Below are positions 1-13,041 of a stretch of DNA of 49,396 nt, piece by piece. A program made the position numbers and the translations under genes. A model generated the notes under the pieces. That model did not search any database and was not told the DNA's origin. It saw only the letters and a program-made list of their open reading frames with translations. The stretch's first letter is position 1, and each line of letters starts with the position of its first letter. The DNA is from an uncultured Rubrivivax sp. (GTDB lineage: Bacteria; Pseudomonadota; Gammaproteobacteria; Burkholderiales; Burkholderiaceae_C): contig CALJUI010000063.1 of the NCBI GenBank assembly GCA_937975735.1, positions 1 to 49,396 on the forward strand, read 5' to 3'.

Positions 1-1149
1 CGCGACCCGGTCGGCAGCAAGACGATCGGTCACGCGATCATCGACCGCCCCTGGGCCGCGGGCTGGGTGAACCCGCAGCCGCCGGCGCACAAGACCGGCA
101 AGACGGTGGCCATCGTCGGATCGGGGCCGGCCGGCCTGGCCGCCGCGCAGCAGCTCGCGCGCGCCGGTCACGCGGTGACGGTGTTCGAGAAGAACGACCG
201 CATCGGCGGGCTGCTGCGCTATGGCATCCCCGACTTCAAGATGGAGAAGTCGCACATCGACCGGCGCATCGAACAGATGCGCGCCGAGGGCGTGACGTTC
301 CGCACCGGCGTGCTCGTCGGGGCGATGCCCGAGGGCAGCAAGGTCGCCAACGATGCCACCGAGACCATGGCGCCCGAGGCGCTGCGCGAGTCGTTCGATG
401 CGGTGCTGCTGGCCGGCGGCGCGGAGGAGAGCCGCGACCTGCCGGTGCCGGGACGCGAGCTCGACGGCGTGCACTTCGCGATGGAGTTCCTGCCCCAGCA
501 GAACCGCGTCAACGCCGGCGACAAGGTCAAGGGCCAGCTCCGCGCCGACGGCAAGCACGTCATCGTCATCGGCGGCGGTGACACCGGCAGCGACTGCGTG
601 GGCACGAGCAACCGCCACGGCGCGGCGAGCGTGACGCAGTTCGAGCTGATGCCGCAGCCGCCGGAGCAGGAGGACAAGCCGCTCGTCTGGCCGTACTGGC
701 CGACCAAGCTGCGCACCAGCTCGAGCCACGAGGAAGGCTGCGAGCGCGAATTCGCGATCGCGACCAAGGCCTTCGTCGCCGGCACCGGCAAGGACAAGGG
801 CAAGGTCAAGGGGCTGACCACCGTGCACGTGCAGTGGCAGGGCGGCAAGATGGTCGAGGTGCCCGGCACCGAGAAGCAATGGCCCGCCGACCTCGTGCTG
901 CTGGCGATGGGCTTCGTGCGTCCGGTGCCGACGGTGCTGGACGCCTTCGGCGTCGAACGCGATCCTCGCGGCAACGCCCGTGCCGGCACCGACGACGAGG
1001 GTGGCTACGTCACCAACGTGCCGAAGGTCTTCGCCGCCGGCGACATGCGCCGCGGCCAGTCGCTGGTGGTCTGGGCGATCCGCGAGGGCCGGCAGGCGGC
1101 ACGCGCGGTCGACCGCTTCCTGATGGGGCGCAGCACGCTGCCGCGCTGA
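1..1149 (+). CDS. gltD: Glutamate synthase small (beta) subunit, 5'-truncated by the window edge
   Basis: Frame is open from base 1. Motifs: [14 protein letters not shown] (FAD binding), [22 protein letters not shown] (NAD(P)H binding), [18 protein letters not shown]. Confidence 0.95.
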   Translation, partial: RDPVGSKTIGHAIIDRPWAAGWVNPQPPAHKTGKTVAIVGSGPAGLAAAQQLARAGHAVTVFEKNDRIGGLLRYGIPDFKMEKSHIDRRIEQMRAEGVTFRTGVLVGAMPEGSKVANDATETMAPEALRESFDAVLLAGGAEESRDLPVPGRELDGVHFAMEFLPQQNRVNAGDKVKGQLRADGKHVIVIGGGDTGSDCVGTSNRHGAASVTQFELMPQPPEQEDKPLVWPYWPTKLRTSSSHEEGCEREFAIATKAFVAGTGKDKGKVKGLTTVHVQWQGGKMVEVPGTEKQWPADLVLLAMGFVRPVPTVLDAFGVERDPRGNARAGTDDEGGYVTNVPKVFAAGDMRRGQSLVVWAIREGRQAARAVDRFLMGRSTLPR

Positions 1150-1152
1150 GGA

Positions 1153-3927
1153 TCAGAGCGTCTTCAGCAGCTCGGCTACCTCGGCGTGGCGGGCGAAGCG
1201 GTCGCCGAGGCGGGACAGGGTCTCCAGTTCCGTCCTGGCGCCGCCCTTGTCGCCGGTGAACACCAGCAGCTTGGCGAGGTTGAACCGCACCGTGTGGTTG
1301 CCCGGCTCGTGGGTCAGCGCCTGCCGCAGCACCTGCACCGCCTTGTCGTTCTGGCCTTCCACCGACAGCGCCATCGCAAGAGTGTCCATGATGGTGGCGC
1401 GGTTGGGCAGCAGCCGGTTGGCCTTTTCCGCCATCTCGACCGCGCCCTTCTTCTTCGCCGAGGCCATCAGCCAGGCCACGTTGTTGAGCGCCAGCGGATT
1501 CTCCGGCTGCAGCTTCAGGACGTCGCGGTAGCGCGCTTCGGCGACGTCGTGTTGGCGCCGCATCAGCGCGACGTCGCCGAGGTAGAAGAGGAAGGTCGCG
1601 TCGCTGGCGTGCTCGCGCTGCCACTGCGCAGACCACTGGTCGGCGGCGGCCTGCTGACCGGCGGCCGACAACGTGGCATGCAGCCTCGTCGCCAACGTGG
1701 TCGAGTCCGGCGCCGACTTCAGGCCGGTGCGCAGCACGGCGACCGCCGGCGCCCAGGACTTCTGCTGCACGTGGGCGGCGGCCTCGAGCACATAGCCGAT
1801 GTCCTGCGTCGGCCGCTGCTTCTGGATGTCGCGGGCGATCCGCGCCGCTTCGTCGACCTTGCCGTCGGCGATCAGCAACTCGGCCAGTGCTCGCTGCGCC
1901 GGCAGGTAGTCCGGGTCGAGCGCGAGCGCGCGGCGCAGCTGCTGCGTGGCCTCGTTGTGGTCGCGGGCGAGCTTGTGCACCTCGGCCAGCAAGAGCAGCG
2001 GCTGCGGCGAGCGCGGCTGCAGAGTGACGAGCTTGTTGAACGAGGCGATGGCCTGGTTGGTGTCGCCCGTGGCGACCTGCGCACGGCCGAGGGCCTCGGT
2101 CATCTCGGGGCTGTTCGGCAGCACCGCCGCGCCCTGCTGGGCCGCCTCGAGCGCGAGTTTCGCCTCGTTGCTGGACAGGTGGTAGTTGACCAAAGCCAGC
2201 CGAGCCTGCACCGCGTTCGGACTCTGCTTGATGGCGTTCGTGAAGGTGGCGATGACCTCCTCGCGCGGCGCGCCGGTGCGCGCCTTCAGCGCTGCGCTGG
2301 CGAGTATCGCCTGCGTGTTGCGCGGGTCGGCAGCGAGCACCGCGTCGAAGCGCTTCTTGGCGTCGTCGACCTTCTTCTCGCTCAGGTCGATGCCGGCCAG
2401 CGCCGCTGCGGCCGGGTAGAAGGAGGGCTTGATCTCGAGGGCCTTCTCGAGCGCCTGGCGGGCCGCCGACCGATCGCCCTTGCGCAGGTGGACGCGCGCG
2501 CGCAGGTTCCAGGTCATCGGTTGCGGCGCGCCGAGCTTCTTCTCCAGCGCGTCGATTGCCTTGAGTGCGCCCGCGTAGTCCTTCTTGCGCACCAGTGCGC
2601 TGATCAGCGGCAGGTCGGCGGCGGTGCCGCTGTCGGCGGCGGCCAGCGACTGCAGCTCGGCGACACCGCCCGTGTCCCCTTGCACCAGCCGGCTGACCGC
2701 CAGCGCGGCGCGGCTGCGCGTGTCCGCCGGGTTCAGCTTCGCGGCCTTGGCGAAGTGGGTCTCGGCGGCGGCGATGTCGCCGGCCTGCAGGTGCGCCTGC
2801 GCGATCAGCGAGTGGGTCTGCGCGCTGGTTTGCGGCCGCTCGAGCAGCGGCAGCAGGATCTGCAGCGCCTTGTGCGGCTGCGAGGTGCGCAGCATGGTCA
2901 GCGCGAGCAGGTGGCGGGTGGCGTCCTGGCCGGGCGCGAGCTGCAGCCCACGCGACAGGTGAAGGTCGGCCTGCACCATGTCGCCGCGCTCGAAGGCCAC
3001 CGCACCGGCCAGCTGCAGCACGCGCGGGTTGTCGGGCGCGGCGCGGATCAGCTGGTTGGCGATCTCCTGCGCGTTGTCCAGGTCTTTCGTGAGCAGCGCG
3101 ATGTTGCCCTCGAAGTAGCGGGTCTGCGGATGGCCCGGCAGAACCTTCTTCAGCCCCTCGAGCTGTGTCTTGGCCCCTTCGATGTCGCGCTGGCCGAGCA
3201 GGATCGTCAGCGCGCCGGCATGGGCCGGCGCGAAGTCCGGCTTCACCGCCGCGGCCTGGCGATACGCGGCCAGTGCCCCGGCCACGTCCTTCTTGCCGAA
3301 GTTGAGCAACTCGGCCTTCACGAGCCAGGCCTCGTGATCCTGTGGCGACCGTGCGAGCAGGCGCTCGATCTCCGCGATCGCCCCGTCGATCTCGCCGGCA
3401 TCGGCCATCAGGCGGGCCTGGAAGAGCTTGGCCGGACCGAAGTCGGGAATCGCCTTCAGCGAGGCGTCGACCGCCTGGCTGGCGAGATCGCGACGACCCA
3501 TCGCGCCATAGGCGGCGGCGAGCGAGGCCTTCAGGTCGGCCTGCGCCATCGAATCGTCGAGGGTGACCGATCCGAACTGCTCGGTCAGGCGCTGGAACTG
3601 CCCGGCCTCCTTCAACGCGCGGGCGAGTTCGGGCACCACCTCGGCCTCGGCGCGCTTCAGGCTCAGGGCCTTGGTGAACTCGACGACCGCGCCGGCGGCG
3701 TCGCCCGAGGCGAGCATCGCCTTGCCAAGCAGGAACCGCGCCTCGCCGGACTCGGGCTCGTTCTGCAACGCGGACTTGAGCTGGATGATCGCGGCCTTCG
3801 GGTCGTCCTTGGCCAGATAGGTCTTGGCCGAGCCGATGAGGTCGGCGGTGTTCTCGCCGCTGCAGGCGGACAGCAGGGCAGCGACGGCAAGCACCAGGGG
3901 GGCGAGGGCGGGGGTCGGTCGGATCAC
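1153..3927 (-). CDS. prsT: PEP-CTERM system TPR-repeat lipoprotein PrsT, copy 2 (distal)
   Basis: 924 aa; lipobox LSAC; serial TPR-like helices; C-terminal LALNNVAWL...IMDTLA; downstream of prsK-prsR. Confidence 0.88.
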   Translation of the reverse strand: MIRPTPALAPLVLAVAALLSACSGENTADLIGSAKTYLAKDDPKAAIIQLKSALQNEPESGEARFLLGKAMLASGDAAGAVVEFTKALSLKRAEAEVVPELARALKEAGQFQRLTEQFGSVTLDDSMAQADLKASLAAAYGAMGRRDLASQAVDASLKAIPDFGPAKLFQARLMADAGEIDGAIAEIERLLARSPQDHEAWLVKAELLNFGKKDVAGALAAYRQAAAVKPDFAPAHAGALTILLGQRDIEGAKTQLEGLKKVLPGHPQTRYFEGNIALLTKDLDNAQEIANQLIRAAPDNPRVLQLAGAVAFERGDMVQADLHLSRGLQLAPGQDATRHLLALTMLRTSQPHKALQILLPLLERPQTSAQTHSLIAQAHLQAGDIAAAETHFAKAAKLNPADTRSRAALAVSRLVQGDTGGVAELQSLAAADSGTAADLPLISALVRKKDYAGALKAIDALEKKLGAPQPMTWNLRARVHLRKGDRSAARQALEKALEIKPSFYPAAAALAGIDLSEKKVDDAKKRFDAVLAADPRNTQAILASAALKARTGAPREEVIATFTNAIKQSPNAVQARLALVNYHLSSNEAKLALEAAQQGAAVLPNSPEMTEALGRAQVATGDTNQAIASFNKLVTLQPRSPQPLLLLAEVHKLARDHNEATQQLRRALALDPDYLPAQRALAELLIADGKVDEAARIARDIQKQRPTQDIGYVLEAAAHVQQKSWAPAVAVLRTGLKSAPDSTTLATRLHATLSAAGQQAAADQWSAQWQREHASDATFLFYLGDVALMRRQHDVAEARYRDVLKLQPENPLALNNVAWLMASAKKKGAVEMAEKANRLLPNRATIMDTLAMALSVEGQNDKAVQVLRQALTHEPGNHTVRFNLAKLLVFTGDKGGARTELETLSRLGDRFARHAEVAELLKTL

Positions 3928-3976
3928 GGCAGTCTCCGTTGGGCGAGCGGCGGTCGGCGCGACGCCGACCGGCCGG

Positions 3977-6766
3977 TCACAGGGTCTTCATCAGCTCGCT
4001 GACCTCGCCCTGGCGCGGGAACTTCGTCCCGAGTTTGGCGAGGGTCTCGAGTTCGGTCCGGGCGGCGGTCCTGTCGCCGGACTGGATCAACAGCTTCGCC
4101 AGGTTCAGCCGCAGCAGCGGGTTCCCCGGCTCGATCTGCATCGCCTGGCGCAACACGTCGACGCCCTTGGCGGCCTGGCCCTGGCTGGCCAGCGCCAGCG
4201 CCAGCGTGTCCATCAGGATCGGGCGGTTCGGCAACACCTCGTTGGCGCGCTGGGCGAGTTCGAGCGCTTCGGGCTTCTTGTCCTGCAGCAGCAGCCAGGC
4301 CAGGTTGTTCAGTGCCAGCGGGTGGTTCGGGTCGCGCCGCAGCGTCTCGCGGTAGCGCGTTTGGGCGAGGGCGTGGTCGCGGTTGGTCATCGCCTGGTCG
4401 GCCAGGTACATCGGGAACGCCGCGTTCTTCGGCTGCGCCTTCAACCAGTCCTCCGCATGGCGTGCGGCTTCGGCGCGCTGGCCCATCAGCGTCAGCACCA
4501 CGTGGACCCGCTCGGCCAGATCGGCCGAATCGGGCACCCGCTTCAGGCCAGCGCGGTAGATCGCGAGCGCCTGGTCCCACTTGCGCTTGGACGCCGGCAC
4601 GCTGCCCTCGAGCAGGTAGCCCAGCGCTTGTTCCGGCCGCTGCTTCTGGATCTGCCGCGCCACGGTGGTGGCGTCGTCGGGCCGGTTCAGCGACAGGTAG
4701 GCGTCGAACAGGGCGCGCTGGGCCGGGAGGTGCTCGGGCTCGATCAGCAGCGCTCGCTTGAGCGTCTCGACGCTGTTGTCGCGCTTCCCGGCGGCCCACA
4801 GCGCGTCGGCCAGCCGCAGATAGGGCTCGGCCGTGTTGGGGCGCAGCTGGATCAGCTTGTTGTAGGTCAGCACCGCCTGGTTGGTGTCGCCGCTGGCCGC
4901 CTGCGCGCGGCCGAGTGCCTCGACGATGTCGACCTGGTCGGGCACCGTCGCGTCGGCCTGCTGGGCGGCCTGCAGCGCCGCCTTGACGTCCTTGTTGGCG
5001 AGCAGGAAGTTGATCAGTGCCAGCCGCGGCTGCACTTCGCTCGGATTGCTCTGGATCGCCGCGGCGAAGCTCTCGACGACCTGATCGGTCGGCGCGCCGG
5101 CACGGGTCTTCAGGCGCGCGATGGCGAGCATCGCCTGCACGTTGCGCGGGTCGGCCTTGAGCACCCGGTCGTAGTGCGCCTGGGCCTCGGCCTGGCGGCC
5201 CTCCGCCAGATCGAGCGCGGCCAGCGCGTCGGCGGCGAGCACGTAGGTCGGCTGCAGCGCCAGCGCCCGGCCGTAGGCCTCGCGCGCAGCCGCCTTGTCG
5301 CCTTGTGCCGCCAGCACGCGGGCGCGCAGGAACACCGGCAGCGCCTGCTTGGGCGCCTTGCGCTGGAACTGGTCGAGCGCCTTCAGCGCCTCGTCGTAGC
5401 GGCGCTCGTTCATCAGCGTCGCGACGAGCGGCAGGTCGGCGGCGGTGCTGTCCTCGTCCTCGGCGAGCACCTGAAGGTCGGCCAGGCCGCCGGCGACGTC
5501 GCCGGTGGTGATCCGGCCATAGGCCAGCGCCGCCCGGCTGCCCTTGTCGGCGGGGTCGAGACGCGCTGCGGTCGCGAAGTGCTCCTGCGCGGCGGCGGCA
5601 TGGCCGAGTTGCAGTTCGGCCTGCGCGGCAAGCTTGAAGCTCGCGCCGTCCGGGCGTGCACGCTCCATCAGCGGACGCAGCACGGTCAGGGTCCGATCCG
5701 GCTGCCCGAGGCGCAGGTGTGCCGCCGCGAGCAGGCGCCGCGACACCTCGTCGGCCGGCGTGATCTGCATCTGCTTGGCGAGATGGCTGGCGGCACGCGC
5801 GTAGGTGCCGCGCGTGTACTCGACGAAGCCGCCGAGCTGCAGCACGCGCGGGTTGTCGGGCGCCACGCGCAGCAGCAGCTGCACGATCTCCTGGGCGCGC
5901 TCTGTCTCGCCGGTCCGCAAGGCCACCCAGGCCTCGAAGTAGCGGGTCATGCCGTTGTGCGGCATCACCTTGAGCATCCCGTCCAGGTGCGATTTCGCCT
6001 GGGCGAGGTCGCCCCCGGGCGCGAGCAGGAAGGACATGATCGCGATGTGGGCCGGCATGAAGCGCGGATCGAGCTCGGCGGCCTTGCGGTAGGCTGGCAG
6101 CGCCGCGGCGAAATCGCGCTCGCCCAGCGCCTGCAGATCGCCCTTGAGCTGCCAGGCGTCCGGGTCGTTCGGCGCGTCGGCGAGGATCCGCGCCGCGTCC
6201 GCCAGCGCTGCCGACAGGTCGCCGCCGTCGGCCTTCAGGCGCGCCGCGAACGCACGCGCCGGCGTGTAGGTCCCATCCGACTGCAGCGCCGCCTCGATCG
6301 TCTGCCGGGCCTGCGCGAAGCGTCCGCTGCCGGCATGGGCCACCGCGAGTGACGTGTGCAGGTCGGCGTTCGCCCTCGTGCCCTTCAGCGTGGTCAGGCC
6401 GTGCCGTGCGATCAGGGCCTCGTACTCCCCGGACAGGACGTAGGAGCGGGCGACCAGCGGCACGACGATGTCGGCCGGGTGGCCGAGCTCGAGCGCCTTG
6501 TCCAGCTCGACGCGGGCCAAGGCGGTGTCGCCACCGGCCAGGAGCGCGCGGCCGAGCAGGAAGCGGGTCTGCGCGGAGTCGGCGCCTTGCTGCAGCAGCG
6601 ACTTCAGCGTCACGATCGCCGACTTGGTGTCGCCCTTGGCCAGCAGGGCCTCCGCCTTCGCGTGCTGACTCGATGGATCGCGCGCGCCGCATCCCGCGAC
6701 CGCGATCGCGGCGACGAGCAACGCGGTCCAGGCCGCGGGGCGGAGCCGACCGATTGCCTCGCTCAC
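3977..6766 (-). CDS. prsT: PEP-CTERM system TPR-repeat lipoprotein PrsT, copy 1 (proximal)
   Basis: 929 aa; lipobox VAGC; TPR-like repeats; LALNNLAWL...LMDTLA; directly after prsR. Confidence 0.88.
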   Translation of the reverse strand: MSEAIGRLRPAAWTALLVAAIAVAGCGARDPSSQHAKAEALLAKGDTKSAIVTLKSLLQQGADSAQTRFLLGRALLAGGDTALARVELDKALELGHPADIVVPLVARSYVLSGEYEALIARHGLTTLKGTRANADLHTSLAVAHAGSGRFAQARQTIEAALQSDGTYTPARAFAARLKADGGDLSAALADAARILADAPNDPDAWQLKGDLQALGERDFAAALPAYRKAAELDPRFMPAHIAIMSFLLAPGGDLAQAKSHLDGMLKVMPHNGMTRYFEAWVALRTGETERAQEIVQLLLRVAPDNPRVLQLGGFVEYTRGTYARAASHLAKQMQITPADEVSRRLLAAAHLRLGQPDRTLTVLRPLMERARPDGASFKLAAQAELQLGHAAAAQEHFATAARLDPADKGSRAALAYGRITTGDVAGGLADLQVLAEDEDSTAADLPLVATLMNERRYDEALKALDQFQRKAPKQALPVFLRARVLAAQGDKAAAREAYGRALALQPTYVLAADALAALDLAEGRQAEAQAHYDRVLKADPRNVQAMLAIARLKTRAGAPTDQVVESFAAAIQSNPSEVQPRLALINFLLANKDVKAALQAAQQADATVPDQVDIVEALGRAQAASGDTNQAVLTYNKLIQLRPNTAEPYLRLADALWAAGKRDNSVETLKRALLIEPEHLPAQRALFDAYLSLNRPDDATTVARQIQKQRPEQALGYLLEGSVPASKRKWDQALAIYRAGLKRVPDSADLAERVHVVLTLMGQRAEAARHAEDWLKAQPKNAAFPMYLADQAMTNRDHALAQTRYRETLRRDPNHPLALNNLAWLLLQDKKPEALELAQRANEVLPNRPILMDTLALALASQGQAAKGVDVLRQAMQIEPGNPLLRLNLAKLLIQSGDRTAARTELETLAKLGTKFPRQGEVSELMKTL

Positions 6767-6806
6767 GTGGAACCCCCTGCTGTCTCGTCGTGCATCTCGC
6801 TTGCCC

Positions 6807-8173
<1,367 letters not shown>

Positions 8174-8177
<4 letters not shown>

Positions 8178-10300
8178 GGGGTGCCCGCCATCTGCAGATC
8201 CGATTCGCGACGCGACTCGAACAGCGGCAGCAGGATCGTGACCACGGTGCCGCGGTCGGGTTCGCTGTCGACCCGGATCTTGCCGCCGAGTTCGCGGATG
8301 TACTGGAAGCTTTCGTAGGAGCCGATGCCCATGCCGCTGGCCTTGGTGCTGCTGAATGGCTTGAAGAGCCGCGTCTCGACGAATTCGCGCGTCATGCCAT
8401 GGCCGGTGTCGCCGACCTCGATGCGTGCCAGGCCGCTGTCGCGCGTCAGGCGAAGCCAGACCCGGCCGTCTGCGGGCGTGGCGTCGAAGGCGTTCTGCAC
8501 GACGTGGCCGAGCACGCGCTCGATGCGCTCGTCATGGCCCCGCGTCGCGACCTGTTCGACCTCGGGCAGCTCGAGCTGTCGCCCGCGCTGCGACGCCACC
8601 GACGCGATGCGGTGGACGATCGGCTGCAGATCCACCCCCAGCAAGCCGCCAGGCGGTTTTTCGCCTTCGCGCAACTGGAGCATCAACTGCCGCATCTTCT
8701 CGAGAGAGCTTTCCACGGTCATCAGCATGTCCTGCTGGAACTCCGGATTGTCGTGCAGCCTCTTCGCGTTCTTCATCATCAAGGTCAACTGCGTCACGAT
8801 ATTCTTCAGATCGTGGACGACGAAGGCCGACATGCGGTTGAACGCGTCGAACTTGCGCGCTTCCAGCAGGGCCTCGGTGGCCTGCATCTGCGCAAGGAAC
8901 CCGGCGGCCTGGCGGCTGGCGGTCTTCAGCAGATCGCGCACCTCCCAGTCCAGGTCGGTGACGGCCCGGGGTCGGGCCAGCAGCACGAAGCCGGTCAGCC
9001 GTTCACCGACGATCAGCGGTACCACCGCCCAGATGCCTTGGTTGTTCCGAGTCCAGCCCGGCAGTTCCAGGCCGTCGTAGCGCTCCGGCCGCGCCCGCGC
9101 TTCATCGACGTCGATGATCCAGCCCTGCTCGCGCAGGAAGTTGGCGAACCGGGAGTCCACCGGCTCACGTTGCGCCGCCACGTTGAGCTGGCAGTGGGCC
9201 GACTGCGCGAACTCCGCGTCGCCTGGGGCCAGCAGCCACAGGCTGCCGCCCGGGCTTTCGACGAGGTCGGCCAGGGCGTTGATCACCAGCTCGCCCATCG
9301 CCTGCGGCGATTCCTGGGTCGACAGCGTCGCGGTGAAGCGCAACCACTGCTCCCGGTAGTCGAAGCGGTAGGCGAAGAAGTTCTTGCCGACGAACACGCG
9401 CAGCTTCGCCCGCAGCGACCCGGACAGCACCAGCAGGACGAGGAAGACCAGCGCGCCGGCCAGCAGCGCCAGTTGCAGCGCGCGGCCCCAGTCGCCGCCG
9501 AAGAAGCGCACGTAGTAGCCGATGCCGGAGATCAGCAGCAGGTAGGCGCCGGCCAGCAGCAGCGTGGCAGAGAAGAAGGCAGCGTTGTGCGAGACCTGCA
9601 GCTTGGTGCGCCAGTCGGCCTGGCGTCGTGAGGCGACGAACAGCAAGGGCACCGCCAGCGCGTGCAGGGCGGCGCGGACGCTGAAGGCATCCTGGTCGAA
9701 GGTCCCGAACAGGACCGCCTGCGAATAGATGTACAGGTCGAAGCCGAACAGCCCCGCCAGCCCGATGCACAGCGGCTTGGCGCTCCAGCGGCCGCCCTCC
9801 GGGAGGTTGCGGAAGAGCTGCTCCGTCAGCACGAGGCCGAACACCGGCTGCGCCATCGAGCTCAGCAGCAGCAAGTGCGACATCGACTGCTCGTCGAAAC
9901 GCCCCGAGATCGTGGCGAGCAGGGCCAGCAGGCCGAATCCGACCAGGACCGCGGCAGCCGGCCTCAGCAGCCCGACCTCCGCGTCGCGACGCCCCCGCAG
10001 GCCGGGGCGCAGCAGTTCGAGCAGAAAGTAGAACCAGGCCGCGTAGCGGAGCAGGTCGAGTGCGGTCAGTACCTGGCCCGGCCAGGCGGAATGGGTGCCG
10101 GTCTGAAAGGCGCCCAGCGCTCCCCAGGCGGCGCTGGCGCCCACCGCTGCAGCCAGCGCGCGCTGGGCGCGGCTGGCGCCAGAGCCCACGTAGCCCGCGA
10201 AGATCAGTCTGGCGGCGAACAGCCCGTACGCCACGGCGGCGGCGACGAAACCGTAGAGCGTCAACGCGATGCCGCTGGATCCCATGATGGTGTCAGGCAA
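8174..10300 (-). CDS. prsK: PEP-CTERM system histidine kinase PrsK
   Basis: Multi-TM N-terminus, GAF-like region, H-box SAFVVHDLKN, N-box VQNAFDA, DTGHGM, GMGIG. The start may be at the second Met. Confidence 0.92.
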
Positions 10301-10351
10301 GGGGTGCCGTGCCCTGGAGGCGCGGCAAGGGCCGAGGGATCGGCCCGTGCG

Positions 10352-11734
10352 TCAGCGCGCGCCCTTGCCCGTCAGGACCACGGCCACCGTCTCGAACAGA
10401 ATGACGATGTCGAGGAACAGGGTGTGATTCTTGACGTAGTACAGGTCGTACTGCAACTTCTCGACCGAATCCTCGACCGTGGCACCGTACTGGTAGCGCA
10501 CCTGGGCCCAGCCGGTGAGCCCCGGCTTGACGCTGTGACGGACCGCGAAGTACGGGATCTGCTCGGTGAGTTGTTCGACGAAGAACGGACGTTCCGGCCG
10601 CGGGCCGACGAGGCTCATCTCGCCCTTGAGGACGTTGAAGAGCTGCGGCAATTCGTCGATGCGCAGTCGCCGGATCACATGACCGACCTTGGTGACGCGG
10701 TCGTCGTGCACGGACGCCCAGCGCGGCTTGCCGTCCCTTTCCGCGTCGACGCGCATGCTGCGAAACTTCGTGACCTGGAAGGTCGAGCCGTTGACGCCCA
10801 GCCGCTCCTGCCGGTAGAGCACCGGCCCCCGGCTGTCCAGCTTGATGGCGATCGCGGTGACGATCATGATCGGCAGGGAGAGCACGATCAGCACGAACGC
10901 GCAGACGATGTCGAAGATCCGCTTGATCGCGGTTCGGTAGAAGCCCTGGTTGAAGCCGTCGCCGAAGATCATCCATCCAGCGTTGGCGAACCCGAGCCGG
11001 ATCTGTCCGAGGGTCTTCTCGAAGTGCGTGTTCACGTCATAGACGCGAATCCCGAAGATCTTGCAGTCGAGCAGATCGCGCAGCGGCATGCTGCCCGAGC
11101 GCCGCTCGGTGAGCGCGACGACGATCTCGTCGACGTTCAGTCGCTTGGCGGTTTCGGTCAGCGACGCGTCGACCGGCAGCACCAGGCCTCGATCCACGGC
11201 GCACTCGGTCTCGTTCGGGCTGGGGTAGTAGCCCACCACCTCGGCGAGCGGGTCCGACTCGCGCAGCGTCTTGCCGACCAGTTCGGCGGCTGCGCCGGAG
11301 CCGAACACCAGGATGCGGGTCTTGGCGTGTGCGGCGCTCGACCAATGCGCGATGTAGACGCGGCGCAAGACGACCGCACCGACACCGACCATTGCCGCAG
11401 CGCGCACCGCTTCACGGCCCGGGAAGTCCGTCGGCAACAGGCCGAACAGGAGGTAGGTCAGTGGCAGTGCCAGCAGCAGCGCCAGCGCCGCCCGCGCGAT
11501 CGCCTGGCTCGAAGTGAAGTTTGGCGACTTCTGGTAGAAGCCGGACGCCGTATTGATGACGAACATGCCGGCCGCCAGCGAGACGACCTGCGGCCCGGCG
11601 ATCGGCAGCAGGCCGCCGAGCCCGTCGGCCAGCGTCGCGAAGACGATCAACACCACAAGCAGCAACAGGCCCATGTCGGACAGGATCCGGAGCAGGGTCT
11701 GGCGATGCAGGTAGTGGTTGAAGATACGGATCAT
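10352..11734 (-). CDS. Priming polyprenyl glycosylphosphotransferase, PEP-CTERM/XrtA-associated (TIGR03013-like)
   Basis: MIRIFNHY start; TM segments; KFRSM, DELPQLFNVLKGEMSLVGPRPERP, KPGLTGWAQV, DLYYVKN (bacterial sugar transferase family). Alternative start at 11767. Confidence 0.92.
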   Translation of the reverse strand: MIRIFNHYLHRQTLLRILSDMGLLLLVVLIVFATLADGLGGLLPIAGPQVVSLAAGMFVINTASGFYQKSPNFTSSQAIARAALALLLALPLTYLLFGLLPTDFPGREAVRAAAMVGVGAVVLRRVYIAHWSSAAHAKTRILVFGSGAAAELVGKTLRESDPLAEVVGYYPSPNETECAVDRGLVLPVDASLTETAKRLNVDEIVVALTERRSGSMPLRDLLDCKIFGIRVYDVNTHFEKTLGQIRLGFANAGWMIFGDGFNQGFYRTAIKRIFDIVCAFVLIVLSLPIMIVTAIAIKLDSRGPVLYRQERLGVNGSTFQVTKFRSMRVDAERDGKPRWASVHDDRVTKVGHVIRRLRIDELPQLFNVLKGEMSLVGPRPERPFFVEQLTEQIPYFAVRHSVKPGLTGWAQVRYQYGATVEDSVEKLQYDLYYVKNHTLFLDIVILFETVAVVLTGKGAR

Positions 11735-11955
11735 GAGTGCGATGTCGTCGTGCCGCCTTGTCGGCATCGTGCCCTGGTCCCGTGACGGCTGGAAGTCGGT
11801 CCCCCGCTACAGGCGGAGGCGCCGCTTCGCCCCATGGTGCGGTGCACTTGACGAGCTAGAAAACCCACTGTAAGCAGTGCCTCCTGGGGTCGGCACCCCT
11901 CGCATGGGGGGGCGGTGGGCACGAATTCACGGTTCTAGGGGGCCGGCGAACGACC

Positions 11956-13041
11956 TCATGCCGGCGCGGCTCGGGCGCCTCCCAGCCGGCGCCACCCCTT
12001 CACCGCCAGATGCCGCATCAGCAGCCCCGGAGGCATGCGCATCCAGTGGGCCCGCAGATAGAGCAGTCCTCGCGCCAAGCGCGACGACGGCTGGTCCAGG
12101 CTGTGATGGTCGGGGATCAGCGCGCGGCGCCATAGCGATTGCATCCATCGGTCCGTCGGCGCCCGGGGCGCATCGTCGGCGGCGTCGCGCAGCGTCTGCT
12201 CCGGCACCGGGGTGCCGAGCAACTGGTGCGCGAGCTGCAGGCCGTAGTGCAGCGGGCGGGCGACCTGGAGCTGTCTGCCGCGCGGCACCAAGGCATCCCA
12301 GAATCCCACGCGATGGCCGAAGTGCCGGAGCATCAGGTCGAGGTCCGACAGATCGCGAAGGCCATGACTGAACTCCTCGTTCTGCAGCAGATGAACGATG
12401 CAGTGCAGCACCATGTCCGTCGGCGAAAGGATCCGCCAGCGCGGTGACACGGCGATCGACGCGGCCAGCAATGCGCTGGGGTCCGGCCGGGCCCGGGCGG
12501 TTTCGGGCAGGATCGCATGGTGCACGTCGAGCACGGTGTGGCGGGTCGCGTGCTGCATCGGTGGCAGTTCGTGCATCCACTCGCGGGAGTAGCGCTGGTC
12601 GTAGGGGTCCAGGTGCGTCGTCACCCAGCCCCCCATCATCAGTTGTGATTCGACCTCGGGGAGCCGCGACTTCTCGACGAGCAGATCGATGTCGGAGCAG
12701 CTGCGGCCCAGCGCCGCGGGGCCGCCCGACGCCAGGTAGGCGGCTCCCTTGAGCAGCACCGGCGAGATGCCCAGCGGTGCCAGCGTGTCAGCGATGTGCG
12801 CCAGTTCGCGCCGCGTCTCCCGCTGCTGCGCCTGCGTCAGCACGCGCGCCGCCTCGAGTTGGCCCCGGGGGCCGGCGGGCAGGTCGGTCAGCAACGAGCG
12901 GGCGTCGGCGATCATCGCCAGCCGCCCCAGCAGATCGGCGTGTCGCGCCTGGCGCAGCATCAGGTCCCACTCGGCGGGCGTCAGGGAGGACATTCTCCCG
13001 GGTGCGCGCAGCGCGGACAGCACCAAGTTGACGCCCTTCAC
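11956..13041 (-). CDS. Nucleotidyltransferase family protein (NTP_transf_5-like)
   Basis: LLKGAAY, R..SDIDLLV and LDVHH motifs. GTG start at 13041 overlaps the kinase TGA (GTGA). The longer track ORF to 13656 overlaps the kinase and is rejected. Confidence 0.82.
   Translation of the reverse strand: MKGVNLVLSALRAPGRMSSLTPAEWDLMLRQARHADLLGRLAMIADARSLLTDLPAGPRGQLEAARVLTQAQQRETRRELAHIADTLAPLGISPVLLKGAAYLASGGPAALGRSCSDIDLLVEKSRLPEVESQLMMGGWVTTHLDPYDQRYSREWMHELPPMQHATRHTVLDVHHAILPETARARPDPSALLAASIAVSPRWRILSPTDMVLHCIVHLLQNEEFSHGLRDLSDLDLMLRHFGHRVGFWDALVPRGRQLQVARPLHYGLQLAHQLLGTPVPEQTLRDAADDAPRAPTDRWMQSLWRRALIPDHHSLDQPSSRLARGLLYLRAHWMRMPPGLLMRHLAVKGWRRLGGARAAPA

Noticed and set aside
1-66. Apparent substitutions in the gltD segment ([14 protein letters not shown] versus the usual GIKSIEHAIID.AW pattern)
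   Set aside because: They sit at the extreme window edge and are more likely low-quality sequence than biology; cannot be resolved without reads.
1140-1160. Terminator between convergent gltD and prsT
   Set aside because: The stops are only 3 bp apart and no hairpin with a U-tract is visible.
1186-6352. Very long + strand ORFs (938 aa, 842 aa) and similar ones such as 9662-11785 and 32040-34778
   Set aside because: Antisense shadows of real genes caused by high-GC codon bias; no motifs and atypical composition.
11866-11879. CACTG-TAAG-CAGTG palindrome upstream of the priming transferase
   Set aside because: Only 5-bp arms, no U-tract and no convincing promoter spacing.
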